Shown: piece after piece, positions 1 through 15,700 of the stretch | How the letters are laid out: each line of letters opens with the position of its first letter | How positions within the stretch are numbered: position 1 is the stretch's first letter | Assembly: GCA_012295275.1 (NCBI GenBank) | Contig: CM022671.1 | Span: 12,896,001-12,960,000 of the forward strand | Length of the DNA: 64,000 nt | DNA from: Chrysomallon squamiferum | Lineage: Eukaryota > Animalia > Mollusca | Reading direction: 5' to 3' | Program-made: the position numbers and the translations under genes | Notes under the pieces: generated by a model | Told to the model about the DNA's origin: nothing | The model's database searches: none | Seen by the model: only the letters and a program-made list of their open reading frames with translations

Positions 1-113
1 TAACAAGTACATTAATCACTGCAAGAAAATTATAAATGAAATCTTTAAAAAACTCCAATAAAGATCCCATTGGAAAGTACATCATATGAAGAGGTGAAAA
101 ATTAAATATTTAC

Positions 114-3100
114 AATCTGCCCACTGATTTCTTCAAACTTTCTGCGTAGTTCTTCATTTTCTGCAGTCAGTAAAGAGTTTTCTTCTTGGAAACATTTACG
201 TAGTTTATGCAATTCCAACTGAAGAGAAAAACTTAAATGTAAAAACATCTGAAATCTGGCATATACAGTCATTTGAAATAAATTTACATAAAACATCACT
301 TCAGCTTTAAGCCAAACAAGTTGTTACCTGCTATGTGAAATAAACAGTTTTAGAGGGTTTTTGAGTAGTTGGTCTTTTTCTACACTATTTTGTTGGTTAT
401 AATTTTTATTGTAATTATTTAATTTTTCTCTCTTGTTTTTGTCTGAAATTGTTCAGCATATCAATCTGTCTGTCTATAAATCCATGTCTATACCCACCCA
501 TACACACACACACAAAATGCTAATATAGGTTTACTCACTTGGTAAAATATAATTCTGTATTTTTAAAACTTATGGCTACTTACTTTCAGTTGATATGCTT
601 CAACTTTGAAATTCTGGGCCTGACTGTCTTCATTACCTTCCTCAACGGTGTTAGTCTACAGTCACAGGAAATTTATTACAGTAAACATACTATCACAGTT
701 GTTTCAAAATTTACTTTACCAACATTCACTAACAAGTATCCAATTGTTACTAAAAATTCAAATAGATAGTAACAGATTTTATTTTGTAATTCCATCAGAC
801 CAATAAAATATATAATTAGTTAATAAAAATTTTAATTATATAAAAATCCAGTTAGTTAGAATCATAAATTACTTATACATATTAAATGAAAAATAAATAA
901 TATATTTATTGACCCAAAAAATAAATAAAAGATAATAAGCAAGATAAAAGTAGCTAGTGTACAAAATAAATATTTTATTAAAACCTTTACATCAGTGAAC
1001 TCCTTCATTTCATCTTGGTACTGCAGTTCCTCACGTCTTTGTAAATCTCGAGTATCTTTTAAAAACTTTATCTCGTGTTTCATTTCATTAAGAATGTTTT
1101 CAAGCTGAAAAAAAATTATTATTCGTGTAAGAAAAATAAATGATTTCTGAAATAAACAATAATTGTAACGTTCCATGCAATGGTCACATTCAAAATCAGA
1201 ATGTAGATATATATTATTTGCCTAATATGATTTTTATTTTAACCTAAACAGATATGTAAAATATATATTTGAAAACAAATAACATTTTTATCAATTAAAG
1301 AAAGACCACATTTCAGGGTAAGAGAAAGACCACTGAACCCTTACAATATTTATCACTTAGTTTCTAATGCATTTTGTATAGGCAGCTAATTACTTTTTTT
1401 CCTATTAATCAAAATGTGTGGATTAATAAAGTAAGATTTATGTTAACTTCCATCTAAAGAAAAAAGGTAGTTTAATCTGTATTAATATTCTAGATATCAT
1501 TTAAACATAATCATATAGTCCACTCTTTAATATGAACAACATAAAGTGAAAGACTGTTAAATGAACTTCAAATCAAACTGGACACAAATTTATGTTTCCA
1601 CTCAGCAGCAAAACTACAAACAGGAACATACAAAATCTGTCAACTTTTTTTCTAATTTAGCTTGTACCAATCATATTTATTGGCTGTATTTTTTATTAAC
1701 TTGTTCAATGTGCAGCGGATGTCCCTGTTTGGAAACGTTTATTGGATTATGCAAATTACTGTGCATAGATGAAGATCTCATTCAAGGCAAATTTCCCTGA
1801 ACAATAACCCTGGGTTATACAAATTCAATTTCACCTCTTTAATCTTGTTACATGCTGATTTTGACTCAAGTTCAGCATTTCTAAGGGACAACTCAGCTTT
1901 TTGTCTTGATTCAATTTCTCTAAAAAAAAAGAAAAAGAAAAAAGAAACATTAAGAAAAAAAAAAGGAAAAAAGAATTATTCAGACATGAAAATAAACATA
2001 AACATATTAAGTAAGATGGAATAATTCTGGCCACTAGGCATTTCTGCACCCCTCAGGTGTATTATAACTTACAGCCATTACATTGCTCTATCTAGACTTC
2101 TTGAACTTTGTTGATATAAACAGAACTTTCCTATTTCTCATTAGAAAAAAGCATTTACACAATTCAACCATTTACACATGGAATTTGGTGGCATGAAAGT
2201 AGTGAAATCAACAAGGTAGCAAATAAAACGTATTTTGAGGTATTGAAGACATGTGTTATTTCTTTGGTTCTACAGACAGAAGATTAGTAATAATTTATAA
2301 TATTTGTTGAGTTCAGCAGGAAAAATCTTGATTAATATGTGGTAACTAGGTAAGGAGTGTTCAACTTTTGTCCCAAGGATGGGGTAAATTTGGACCCCAC
2401 ATGATGGTTTAATCAATAGTTTTGGCATTTATATAATCTATTCAAGTTTGGATTATTTATAATAGAACCCTTTAATGTCCTATCATTTTTAACCCAATAA
2501 TCACAACTATATTTATCTTGCATACCTTACCATGGTTTGGAATTACAAGAAGGTTGGCAACCCATGTCAGTACACTGAAGCCAGTATTTAAGGTATATTT
2601 ATGCCACTGAAATGAAGCTGATTAGCCTAAAGAAGTTTGTCAAACACTTTAATGTACGAGGTCCATTTTCCAATCAAAATTCAACCAAAATAGTGTGTAA
2701 ATATTGCAGAGAACAATGACTCAATGAGTTACTCAATGAATTCACATGAATTATAAGGATTTCTGGTTATCTACATATACTCAACTAAAATATGATTTGT
2801 ATTATGATTAGGACTAATTATTACACAGACACAGCAATAATCAGTACAACACATTTGAGGACAAAAATTCATTAATTATTTTTTCAAATCTTTGGGGCAA
2901 ATCTGGCTCCTGACAACAATTTTTAACATAGTTCCCTTGTCAAAGGATCAGCAATGTGCATGCAGTGTTTCTGTATACTGAAGTAGAAATATGTATGCTA
3001 CACATTATTCCCTCTATTTTGTTGTTTCATTTTGTCACTGAAGCTTCAGGCAAGGCTGAATAGAAAATGGGGAATTATCTGACCTTATGCTCTGTAGAGA

Positions 3101-3506
3101 GATAAGTGATATTTGATTAAAATGTATCTTCATGATCTTAAGAAATAATCAAATTTTGTTTAGCAAAACAACACTTCAATATTTTTCCTTTAAACAATCA
3201 GATATTAAAATAAATCACAAATAGCAAGTTACCAGTAAACATTTGCATCTGTATTTCCATATTACTTTTATTTATGTATAACATTTTAATACTTTTATGA
3301 TTGTAGTTCTCCAATTTCTAAAATTTATTACAAATAACCTAACTGAAATCCTCTAATCATTGTTATAAAAACAAAACACTTTATTTTTTAAGGAAAGTAC
3401 TAACAGTGTATACAATTCTTCCTTTCGAGCCAGGTGTTCTTTTGTTTTATCAAGTAAAACTTCAGCATTTTTGCTTTTCTCCTTTTGTTCCATCAGATTG
3501 TATCTG

Positions 3507-3544
<38 letters not shown>

Positions 3545-6500
3545 ATAAAAACACTAAAATAACATTTTGTACATTTCTTTATTGTTATTTATTGTTTATT
3601 GACCATTTCAATTATATGACAGTACAATTATTATTTCATATCATGGTAAGCTCTGTTTGACTCAGGTTTTCTGACTGAGAAAAAAGTCATGACACATATT
3701 TTTTTCTAGAATAACAGAATACTAGTTTATATTTATTTTAAGAAATATCCTCAGTTGGTAGTGTAAGCTGAACAAATAAGCCAAGGCATTCAAAGCCTAT
3801 ACAAGCATCATGATAATTCATTTTGGTCTATTCAGATGAAGAAGTTGTAAAATTTTGGCTTAGCAGTTATAGTCATGACATGGTTATAAAACTAGCTTTT
3901 TAACCCATATATATGTTAGACAAAATGACTGTCAATCTTAATTTATGACTGGCAGTGTATGATCAATATGTTTTTGAAAATACCCCAGAGTACTTATTTC
4001 AAGGTTTGTTTATGAAACCATACAATCACATTGTCTACTTTTAGCAAAATTCCCAGCAAAACAAGATGCAGTTAAATTTTATTTTTAATCTATATCTCTA
4101 ACCAAATTTGTTAGGTTAAAAATATATATCACTAGGAAGGAATTTTTCTACAGTCTCGTCTTGGTTTTATAGGCACATGACACATGCAACAATTTTGTTT
4201 TCTTCAAAGTTCTTGTTGAATCTAGACAAGGTGGTAACCATATTTTCAAATAAATGTGTAAAATTAAAGCATTTATTCTAATCCATTGGAAAAAAAGAAA
4301 TACTGCAATATAAACATGCACAAGTGTCAACTTGAATAATTTTGAAAATTATCAAATGGTTGCTAAATAATGTGCAGAAATCTCACATTTTAACACGTCC
4401 CACTTGCGAAACAAATTCTGGTTGATACTGTGACAAAAGTCTTTGACTATTACAAACTGAACCCATAACCCAAAATACAAAATAATAAATAAATAAACAA
4501 TCAAATTTAAAAAAAATTTAAAACAAATTATCTTTATATTTTTGAAATTTTTCTTTTTAATAATTTTAAAAACAAAAATAAAAATAATAATAAAAAAAGA
4601 CACAAAAACACCACCACCTCAAAATAATATCCCTGATATGTTAAATCATCAACAAAACTGATGATGTCATCACTTTGTGATGTAAAAAGCAGCAACCATT
4701 CTCTGTGACATCACTCTAAATGATAAAACATTTATACAATGTTCCATTAAAGCATATAATTTGAGTGATCTTACATTTGAATGATCTTAATTGAAACAAA
4801 GCTGGGTATTCATGTCTTTAATATTATATTTAATTGGCTTCGTAGGAGTTTAATGATCCTACATTTTTCAGCATTATCACTGTCTATTTTCGGCATATCA
4901 AAAAAATCTGCACACCTGCAGCCCTGAACATTTCAACTTGAGAACATATGTAGGTAGGCTACAATTAAGCTCTATATACACTAAGACTAACTTATGTGAT
5001 GACTTGTGCCTGATGCAAGAAAGAATTATGGCATTAGGGTTCAAAGTACAATGTCATTCAGATGACTGCTCTACATGCATAAATATTGTTAGTTTGTCAT
5101 ACAATAAGTTTAAAGTAATATATTCTGAAAATGTACTTGTAATGGTGATTTGATCATAAATATTGTATGTCGATTAATCATATCTGGTTACTGGGATGTC
5201 ACACAAAAATTATGAAGGCATATTAGACGCCTTGGTATCACTTTCAAATCTGTCAATAATATATTTTGGGGGTCTAGGGTGGACCATTTAGGAGATAATA
5301 ATCCCCAGATAGCTAGCTGTGGCCATTTTGAATCTTTGCAAATTAGGTTATTTCCACTGGCCAGATTTTGTTGAAATTGGTATAGGCATTCAGAGTGACC
5401 TTTAAAGCAGAAGCAATCATAAAAAATTCTATTATAATTTGTTCTAGGTTAAGCCATTTTTTGTATATATCACTAGACATCAGGAATGTGATAAACATTC
5501 TTTAATCTGGTCAAAGTTCAGATCTTTCTGTTCTGTTAAAAAGAGCATTAAACATTAGCCATTAATTCAACTAATACTGTGATGGTGAGCTATGTCTGAA
5601 TGGCGAAACAGTCCTATATCTTCTTTGATTTTCAAGATAATCAAATGAAATTTTCATGAGAATTAGACTGAGATATCACCTTCATAACCATTTGGAATAA
5701 TCAAGTATTATTTAAAAGAACAACAGTAAACACAAACTCTTTTGTATATAAAGCCCTTTGTCCAATTCCATGACCTAGAAGTAAGACTCAGAGCATGAGT
5801 CACAAAAAATTATTTGGTTAGGAATTGTTAATCAAGGTCAACCAATATGATATTAACTAGTAAACTCACAACATTTATTATCTGCAAATGTTATTTGAAT
5901 ATTATAATATTTGAAGGAAATGTAATGGCTTAAATGAGCCAGAAGAGGAGCTACTATCATTGAATTTCTTTCACCATAACACTCCATAAGAATGACAACA
6001 ATTCATTCCATATGTTCAAAATCTATTTTCACAATAGTAAACACTGGGATGAAATTCCATCAATTTCTAGATGAAATAATTTAATAGGAATTTATTATAA
6101 CAAGACAAATTTTAGAAGTTTGACTTATGTGTTTTGATAGGTTGAACTTGACCAAAATTTTATAATAAAGCATATCACATGAAAAATATATGCAAGTACA
6201 TTTTGTGTGTGTATGCAAGTACATATGTGTGTGTGTGTTTGTTCCTTTTCTCTTTAAACAAAGAATGGTTTCAAATTATATTTAGATTTTTAGTATTATA
6301 AATAAATTATTTTTATATTAATAAATAAAACAATTATTTTCAAAATACTCACTCCAAATTCCTTATTTGTGCTTCTAGATTTAATTTAGTTTCTTCTAGG
6401 TATGATTTCTGTTTCATTAATGATTCAATTTTACTGTAAAACAAAAAAATATTTTATCCATTAACTTGGAAAATGGTAGTATGCTACTTTTCTGCTGATC

Positions 6501-6781
6501 AAATAATACTTACATAAATATTACATTTCTTATTTAGTTTAAAACATTCATTTTATCTAAAGTACTGTAAAATAACTAAAATGTGACTAGTTTTTAAAGA
6601 AATATGAATGGACAAAGTCATAAATAAACTTATTAATTAAATGCTTACAGTTTCAAGTCATTTCTTTCTTTAGTGATCATCTTATGTTTGTTTTCCAGAA
6701 TAAGTCGCTGCTTCCTCTCTTGCTCCAGCTCATATTCTGTCTCACAGATGCGATTTTGAATCTTTAGCAGTGAACTGGAAT
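114..6781 (-). CDS. ANKRD26: Coiled-coil-encoding exons of the ANKRD26-like gene
   Basis: Seven exons encode E/K/Q/L-rich heptad-like sequence (SSLLKIQNRICETEYELEQERKQR..., LELHKLRKCFQEENSLLTAENEELRRKFEE), with canonical splice sites and matched phases. Confidence 0.85.
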
Positions 6782-9700
6782 CTGTTTCAACAGTCAGTTA
6801 CAAATTTACTTATTATTATTTAAAATGTACTATTTTTTATCAATCAAAAAAAAATTAAAACAAATAAAAATTTAAAAATTAAACAAACAATTTTAAATAT
6901 TTAAAAAAAAAAAAAATTATATCATAAAAAACAACACCAACAACAACAACAAATATTAAACGATTATTTAAGAAGAAAAGATAGAGAAATAAAAAAAAAA
7001 TCTGCTGGACACAAAACTGACAAAGATATTACTGTACTCACCATTTAAGTTTAGATTGATAAGCATATCACGATTCTGTAGAACACTTGGAGGAGGTCCA
7101 CCTAGAATGCTGTCATCTTTTTCAAATTCAGTTGATGTATAAGACAAGCCATCATCTTCAAGTGCATCAAATCTGAATGATCCAGTATTTAAAAGACCTG
7201 GGTATGTTGCTGTTACATCATGTCTGGAAAAACAAATATATCTGGATCTAAGACACAAACTATTAAGATCCTTTAAAAACCAGTTGTTTAAAAAATATAT
7301 ATTACATGAGAACAAACATATATAAAAACTTGGTATATGCAAAATTGACAAATTTGGAAAGGTATAATATGCTACTAATACACAAAACTGAAAAAAAACG
7401 AGTTAAAATAAAAATGTTCATAAGAATATTTACTTAAAAACAATAATAATCAATAAACAAGTTGTCATTGCTACGTATATACGGCATATTTAAGATACCT
7501 TTCTATGCAAGGTGAATCAGGCACACATATATCAGAAGCACTGGAATCATCATCATCAAAGTCTGCATTTTGTATTGCTGTCTGACTTGGAGGTGGCACC
7601 TGTAGTCTCTGCCTTAGCTGGTGAGAAGTGGATGTGGAAAACGGTAGTGGGAAAGATGAAGGAGGTGTAACCATACTGAACTGAAGACTACTTTTGTTCT
7701 GTATTTCTACAATGCTAACTGGTAATGGTTGCCCTTGCTTTTCAACATCTGTAGTTGCAGGTAACTTTTCTTGTTTACCTTGTTCTTCACTTCTTTTCTC
7801 TTTGTCTCTACAAATAATAGAAAAATTAATTATAAATATTATTTAAACCAAAAACAGAACAGTGAAATTATCTAGCAAAATTTTCATATTTAGTCAAATT
7901 TAAAAATTAAAGAGTATAAGTAAAACTTGTAATAAACAAACAATCAAAATAATTAGAGATATGTTTAAGTTGACTTGGTTTTGCAATATCTTGCTATGTA
8001 AGAATTCAATTCACTTTCCATTTATCAATATGGCAAGCAAAATAAAGATCATGTTAAAAATATGAATGCACACATACACTTACATTCTTGAAAAAATATA
8101 AAATTTGATCAAATACAACAAAATACAAATATTCACACACAAGTAATAGAGTCGCCTTAAATTTACAATTTAAAATAACAAACCCTGATGTGGATAAATT
8201 ACATCCTGAGCCTGCATCAACAAAGTCATCATATGACATTTGTTTATTTTCCCTTTGACTCTCAAACTCTTCAATGTTTTTCTGCAAAATAAAAATATTA
8301 TATTAATATTATTAAATTTATTAATACTTTTCTAATGTATGTTACGGAAAAAAAACAATTAAAATTAAAAGTAAGGAAATGATGCCTAATTAAGTTTATA
8401 TGAAGTAAAAAAATATTATAGACTATTATTTTATATAAATGTGTTGATCAGAAAAAGGATAGAATGAAAATAATTTTTTACAATTTACATCCATGCTTCT
8501 TATTTTATAATTATTTATTCATAAGTTACTGTAAGAAAATATAATGATAAAACCGATTAAATACATCAGACAAAAAACATATGTATAAATTCATAATGCT
8601 ATTGCTGAAAAATACTTTTTGTAAGAAAATAAATAACATTACTTATTTTCTGTAACAGTAACTTAGATCATCAACATTTCCTAAATAACAGACAAAGTTA
8701 CACAAATTTAATCATTAAAATAATGTAATATTTTACTTAAATCTCTAGTCAAAAAGTATACTATAATTAGAATAAATAACAGAATGAAAATCCACAAGGT
8801 ACCTCAGTTAATTCTTCGGTCTGGGAAAACTCAAGGGTTGGAACCTGAAAAACCAAAATGATTAATTAAGATTTAAAACAATGATATCATATTTAATCTA
8901 AATGTATATACAAATTGTGCAATGATTTCAATACACAATCATTCATTTAAAAAGTAATAATAATAACAATGTGTTTTATTCACATGATGAGTGTTTATAA
9001 TATGGTAGTTGTATTTCAGTATATTAACTACATTTGTTTATAGATACATTCAAATAAAGTAGAAGTTTGCCATTAATATCACTACTGCTTTTCATTCTCT
9101 ATCTAGATGTGTAGAGAGGGGAAGGGAAAGGGAGAGAATGAGAGTGAGAATATGTCTGTGTCTGTGGGTGGCAGTGTGTTTAACAGATTGATTGTTTGTT
9201 CTTAAAAATTTCAGAAACCTTGAGCTCTTTTTCAGCTTCTGCTTTCAGTATTTTTCTTTTATCTTCTTCCTCTTCACACTGTCTCTCTTTATTTAATACC
9301 TCTTGTTCACATCTGTTTGCTTCTTCATGTTTTATTCTTTGAGTTTCCCCTTCATTTTCTTGCTGCTGAAGATTTTTCAACTGATCAGACTCTGAAGCTT
9401 TATTTCCTTTATCTTTATCATTATTTCTTTCTTCTATCTCTGTATCTTCAATACTTTCCTCAAATTTAATTTTATCACTTTCTGTCTCCTCTTCAACAAA
9501 GTCATGATACTGTTTGTCTTTTTGACAGACCACTTGATTGGCTTCTGTTTTATTATTGCTGCTGTTATGAGCATTATCATTCAGTAAAATCTGCACATTT
9601 ACTTTCATTACTTCATCTCTTTCTTTTGCTGTCTTTTGAAGTTCCTGATAAAAATAAAATAAATAAATTACGAAAATAAACACAAAAATATCATCCATTT

Positions 9701-12700
9701 TCTATACAAGCATTGTGCTAATTAGTGTTTGCAAACATGCTGGAATTCAAAAATAATATTTAAGAAAAAATCTAAAGCCTCTACTGCTGTAACAAACAAT
9801 ATGCAATTTTGGAATGGTAGAATTCTGGCACTTTACACTGAAATATAATTATCACTTGAAAACTGAATTTATTATTTATTTTATATATTCAGATCTACAC
9901 TTATCAGTATCTATAGATACAACATATAGCTTAGTTAAATAACTATTTTATCTGAGTAATTGTAATTAGAAATGTCCACAAATAAAATTATAATACTTTA
10001 AAAATATTTCATAAATCCTCTTAACTTAATTTTAAGGTCATTTTGAAAACCTTATTGATGCTAAATTGTGATTTTATAAATAAAGTATTAAACACTCATG
10101 TTATAGCTAACAGTTGCTAAACCTTTTGTTTTTGCCTTTCTATTTCCCATTCACTAATGGATTCTGACTCGGCTTCAACATCTGAATCTGCAGCTGGCTT
10201 ATGATGACTTACATCTGTTTGCTTGAAACCTTTACCAGGTGGTATTTTTTCAGAGAGGTCACCCTGGAAAATGTTTTTAAAAATAAATAAATGATATATA
10301 CATTATATGGACAGTGAAGTAAATGAATAAATAAATATTTAACAATACTTTATTATTAAACATTTGGTTAAATATGTTTGTACTGTGATTCTCAACCTGC
10401 AGAATAGAATCCCCTTGCAATACTAAGGGAATAAAAATTAATGGTTGACGTTATATATTTGCTTTTGACTACATTACATAAATCATCATACTTTCATATT
10501 AGTGTAAAAGTCAACCTGCAGAATAGAATCCCCTTGCAATACTAAGGGAATAAAAATTAATGGTTGACGTTTATATATTTGCTTTTGACTACATTACATA
10601 AATCATCATACTTTCATATTAGTGTAAAAGTCAATCTAGGGGCCCTACATTAAATGTTTGGGTTTTTTCAAAACATTGAATTAGCACAGGAAAGTTGAAT
10701 ATCCAATGTAACTACTGAGCTATTCTTTCTGTTAGTATTAGCAACATGTTATCTTTAATGTGTGCCTTCCTATAAAAAGGAAAGCACATTCATGAAATAC
10801 AGTGTCGAATGTTAAGTAGTATATAATGTGTACCCCACTGTAGATGTATTTCAGGAACCACGTATTGTGAAATGAAAATTGTTTACAATTAGTTACTAAC
10901 ATCAGAATCCCAGTCTGAATCATCTTCATCAGACTGCTGTTTTGATTCTTTGTCCAATCCATTATTTTTGTAATGGCCATTTGCTGTATTTTGCTGGTCC
11001 AATTGATGTGGTTCTTTGGCTGTTACATCCTGATTAATATGTAAGCAAATAAAAAAATAAAAAATAGAACCAGAAGTAAATTCATCCATTTAAAAAGCTG
11101 CATCATTAAAAACATACATGCATGCGTGCACATCATAATATTGACTTTTACATTACACAAAATTAGAGTTAGAGTTTACTACTCATCATCATCACTGGGA
11201 CCAGTGCCGTGCTGATTAACAGAATTTTCTGACTTTTGAAATGTTATTTTCACTGCAAACCAGTGTAATAATGTCTATAAATGTCCAAAAACAAAGCACA
11301 AGACACATATCTCACTGAAGATGAAATAGCACTTTGTATTACTGATACCATAATGATACCCATGCCACTATATTATAGCAGTGGGTCAGCAAAATAATGC
11401 CAAGCAGTGGGACTGTTGTCAAATACAGGAATTTGCTCAATTCAGGCTGAATATTGGAACTGAATATTGGAATATTGGCAATTTTAATCTGCATTTATGT
11501 CTATTTTATGTCTATTTTTAGTATTTTATAACATGGAGGATTTTTTATTTATAATTGTGGGGGTTTTTTGTTTTTGTTTTTTTGTTATGCTCAAACAAAA
11601 AAAAAAGACAAAAAGTGTAAATATTTTTCATAAATTTCAAAACGAAGCTTCTTACTAATTATATTTCATTTAGATTTGGCAGATATAGTTAGCAAAAGAA
11701 GTATTACATACCAGTATATCAAAAACTGTATCTTCTGGTTTTTGGCATGGAATTATATCAAGTGAAGAGTCCATATCCTTAAAAAAGTATAATAATAATA
11801 ATAATAATCATAATAACAGCAACAACAACAATCACATGATGCTTTATAAATTAATTATTAAGTTTCAGGTATCAGTTGAAATCAACAAATAAATCACGAG
11901 TTTCATGCAGAAAAACACAATATGGAATACTTATTAATTTTGAAGATCTTATATTTTATATTTTAACAATTATCTAATTAAAATTTAACTTAAATTTTTT
12001 TTTCACAATTTTCTAAGTAATGTGTTACCAAAGTATCAAGAAAAACTATTCACCTAAAATCAACTATCACTCACAACATAGAGATCAGTATGTCATAAAT
12101 ACATTTTTATTAATGTAGTCCTCCCAAACCAAAGCCTATACTTTCATTGTTTCTGCCTTCATTTGTTAATTTTATAGACAGTTACCCTTCTGTTAAAGTC
12201 AGATTACAATTATTTAATACTATTAAGCAATTTGTGGGGGTTGCTGGAAATACCACTTTTTAAACAGTGCAGTTAGAAATTATTATTATTGAGTTATTTT
12301 ATTTCATTAATCTGATTTGTGAATAACTGATTCAACTACCTATTTTGTTGTTTCACTGTACTATAACATTTAAAAAAAAAAAAATGCTGTTTAACACAGA
12401 TCAAAATAATACATATCAATATGTTGAAATTAATAAAAATATATAAAATCAGTATACAATTATAAGCAAAAAACTAAATAATTCTGCCTCCCTCAGGAAA
12501 AAAACTAAAAATAAAGTAATTCACAAGCAGCATTTCCAAAATATAACACATAATTCATACAGCGTGCAGCTACAGTGTATCATTAATTTGAGAAAATACA
12601 CTTTAAATAAAAAGTATAAACCTTTCTTCAATTTAATAAATATGGTTTACTATTTTTTAATTATTGTGTTTAGTAAAATTTTAGGGTTAAACTGTTACTT

Positions 12701-15700
12701 TCAGTCATACTGTTATTTTTTGGGTGGGTGAACAAGTTTAGTAAAACAATCAATTTTGAAAGTTAGTTACGAAAAACAGATAATCTATATTCATAACTCT
12801 TGAAAGCAAACTCACAGAAATTGTTAATTTTAGCTTTAAGACATGTAATTTTTAGGACTTAGAGACAGTTTTAACATCTAAAACATGGGTTGCCAAGATT
12901 TTTACTCACTCAGCCATTTGATGATGCCACATAAAAATCTGGACCCATATGTAAAACTCTAATAGTTAATCAAATAACATGATGTTTTTATACTGAACTT
13001 AATTTTATTTTTAATTGAGAATGGGCTTGATGTTTTTTTTCTGCTTAATTAGAAGTACAGTAGCATGTGGGCAATGCTGAAATAAAATGTAGCACACTAA
13101 TTATAATTATTTCATTTCCCCAAAATAATTTGGTAGTCTTATTTTTGAATAATGCTTTTTCTCTGGGATCAACATATATGAATACCTATGGAAATAAATA
13201 ATGCAACATCTAACTCAAAGACCTATTATTCAGAATAAAAAAAAACAGCATTTTCCTGAATGATTTATTGACATGTATCATCTTGTTGAATAGCATGACA
13301 TTCACAGAGATATTTCATGTATGTACAACAATGAACAATGATTATAAGTCATACTCTTCTCTCCTTTCAATTTTCAGAGCATATTCACTACCATAATTGT
13401 CAGGCATGTCCTATATTGTCAGGCTACAAGATGGCAAAATTACTGGCATGAGAGAAGCATGAATGTCCATCAGATAAACTGCATGTCACTATGGATACAA
13501 TATTTCTGTTATTTCAAGACTATTGAACACACACATGGCTACCAATAATGTTAACGAGTGTCCAAGACCTGGCAGGCCCCTTAATTTAACGATAAAAGAG
13601 GACAGAGCATTGCTGAGACTTGTTAGGCTTAACAAACATGTCCAGTCAACCAGTTCTTGCAACAAAATGATGTTGAAACCATTCCATGGCCAGCCATGAG
13701 TCCAGATCTCAATCCCATTGAGCATCAACATTTTACAACATAACGTTCGATAGAGAGACCCACTGAATTGACTGCTGCTTTGCATCAGTATTGGAACAGG
13801 ATTCTTCAAAATTAAATCCAGAGATTGTTCCAAGAAATAAGGATGCATCTTCAAGCAACTGTTCATATGCAGGGAGGTTATACAAGATACTGATGGAAAG
13901 TAAATATTTGGAATTGCCAGGTATTATTCTTCAGTTCCATGAACAAGATGTCTGCATGATACAGACAGTTAAGTCTGTAAAACAACAATGAAATTCAAAT
14001 TTTTTTAATGTAATGATGTCATTTTTCAGTTATGTACCATCTTCAAATAAACTGCATTATGTCTGGTATTACTGGCTATGTTTCTCCTCATCCCTTTCTG
14101 TTCAATGAAACTTTAACATGGCATAGAAATCTTTGAAACATTTCATGGATTAGCTCAGTCTGAGCAAATATGGATGTTGCTCATTTAATTTCCATTTGTA
14201 TATGTAAGTTCTTCAAAACATTATTGGGTTTCTATGCTGTTTTGGTCAAAATATGAGTGAAAAGGATGTACAAACCATCAGGAGTTTGCCTATTTTTCCT
14301 ATGTAGTAATTAACAATGTTTCTATCAGAATGATTCTTTTCAGAATATAGAAATTATGGGAAATTTTAGACATTTTCTTCTTTTGAATATTAAAATTTCT
14401 AAAAAAACAACAATAACCACACAACAACCCTTTATTTCTTACTGACCCCAACTACTTTGGCAACCCCTAATCTAAACAATTTTAAAAAGTAATCAAGCAC
14501 TAAATACAATCTGCATTCCTAACTCTTTGAGTCTCTGTCTTGAAACTGAACTCAAAACATTGTAACACTTTAAATATGGGTATACTGTGCAGGAAGTGCA
14601 AGGTAACAGTTTGTGTATGATAGTTAAATCCATGCCAGCTTATAAACACTGATTTCAAATACCATGAAATGCTTTGCTGACTGTTCTATTGTAGTCTGTA
14701 GCAATTCAGAGGTCATTGGAATCTCTTTATTTTTTTCTAAGAATTCATCATCGTCACATTCATCTTCTGTGTCTTGTGATTCTAATTGACGCAACCGCAA
14801 CAAAGCTTCCACCTAAATTTATAGCAGTTTAGAAGAGTGATGTTGATTGAAGAATACAGATGAAACAAAAACACAGCAGGCCACACAAAGCAAAATAAAA
14901 AGCACAACAATACTGACTAATGAAATGAAAAGAAAGAAATGTTTTCAATTGTGTTTGATGAGGAAGTAATTAAAAAAAAAAAGGTAAAGCTATGAGAAAG
15001 GATTTATCTTAATCACTTATTTTAGCTGAGATATAAATAGCACACAACACAAACAGCCCAGTGAATTTAAAAACAGACATTTTCCAATCAGCAGCTTCTA
15101 AAAGAGAAATAAGTAGATATTTTTATTTTATTTTACTGAACTACTATTGTTTTAGTCAATGAATATATTTTAGCAGTAAACTTAACTTTATATTTACAAT
15201 AATATAATCTTACTTACCTCTTTGGACACAACAGGTGAACTGTTCAAAGGAAACACTGCAACTTCTAAATCATTATTCCAGTCATCAAAATGCTGAAAGT
15301 GTGTTAGATTAAATTTAACTAAATTAAAATAAACTGAAATAAAAATAATTTAAGCTTGCAACACAATTTGGTAGCACACACAAAGCTAAATTTAACACTG
15401 AGCTACTGTCATACTAAATGGTGAACCTGTGACAGATATGAATTTTAATTTAATTACTTTGAACTAACTTCAACACCTTATATGTATTGGACATGACCTG
15501 TTGTTACAAACAAATAACCTCCCATATATATATACACATTTACATACAATGATACAGACATACAGACATACATATATTCAAAAGCTAATAAAATCAATTA
15601 AACACTGTCCTTTTTAAAAAGTGATAAAATTCTTTACACTATTTTTATTTATCTAATGCAGCAAACTGATTGCTAGCTCTAGTTAGATTTATTTTTCATC

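Noticed and set aside
2340-2940. Possible DNA transposon remnants in ANKRD26-like introns (also ~4850-5480 and ~24060-24400)
   Set aside because: Transposon-like motifs are present, but I could not establish paired TIRs, a TSD or coding motifs.
8643-8680. AG...GT-bounded 38-nt segment in an ANKRD26-like intron
   Set aside because: It has a stop codon in every phase, and the neighbouring exons already join in frame.
11180-11252. Coding-looking segment (SENSVNQHGTGPSDDDE) as an extra ANKRD26-like exon
   Set aside because: No acceptor/donor pair is compatible with the phase-0 neighbours, and it runs into TAG TAA. At most it is a cryptic or terminal exon.
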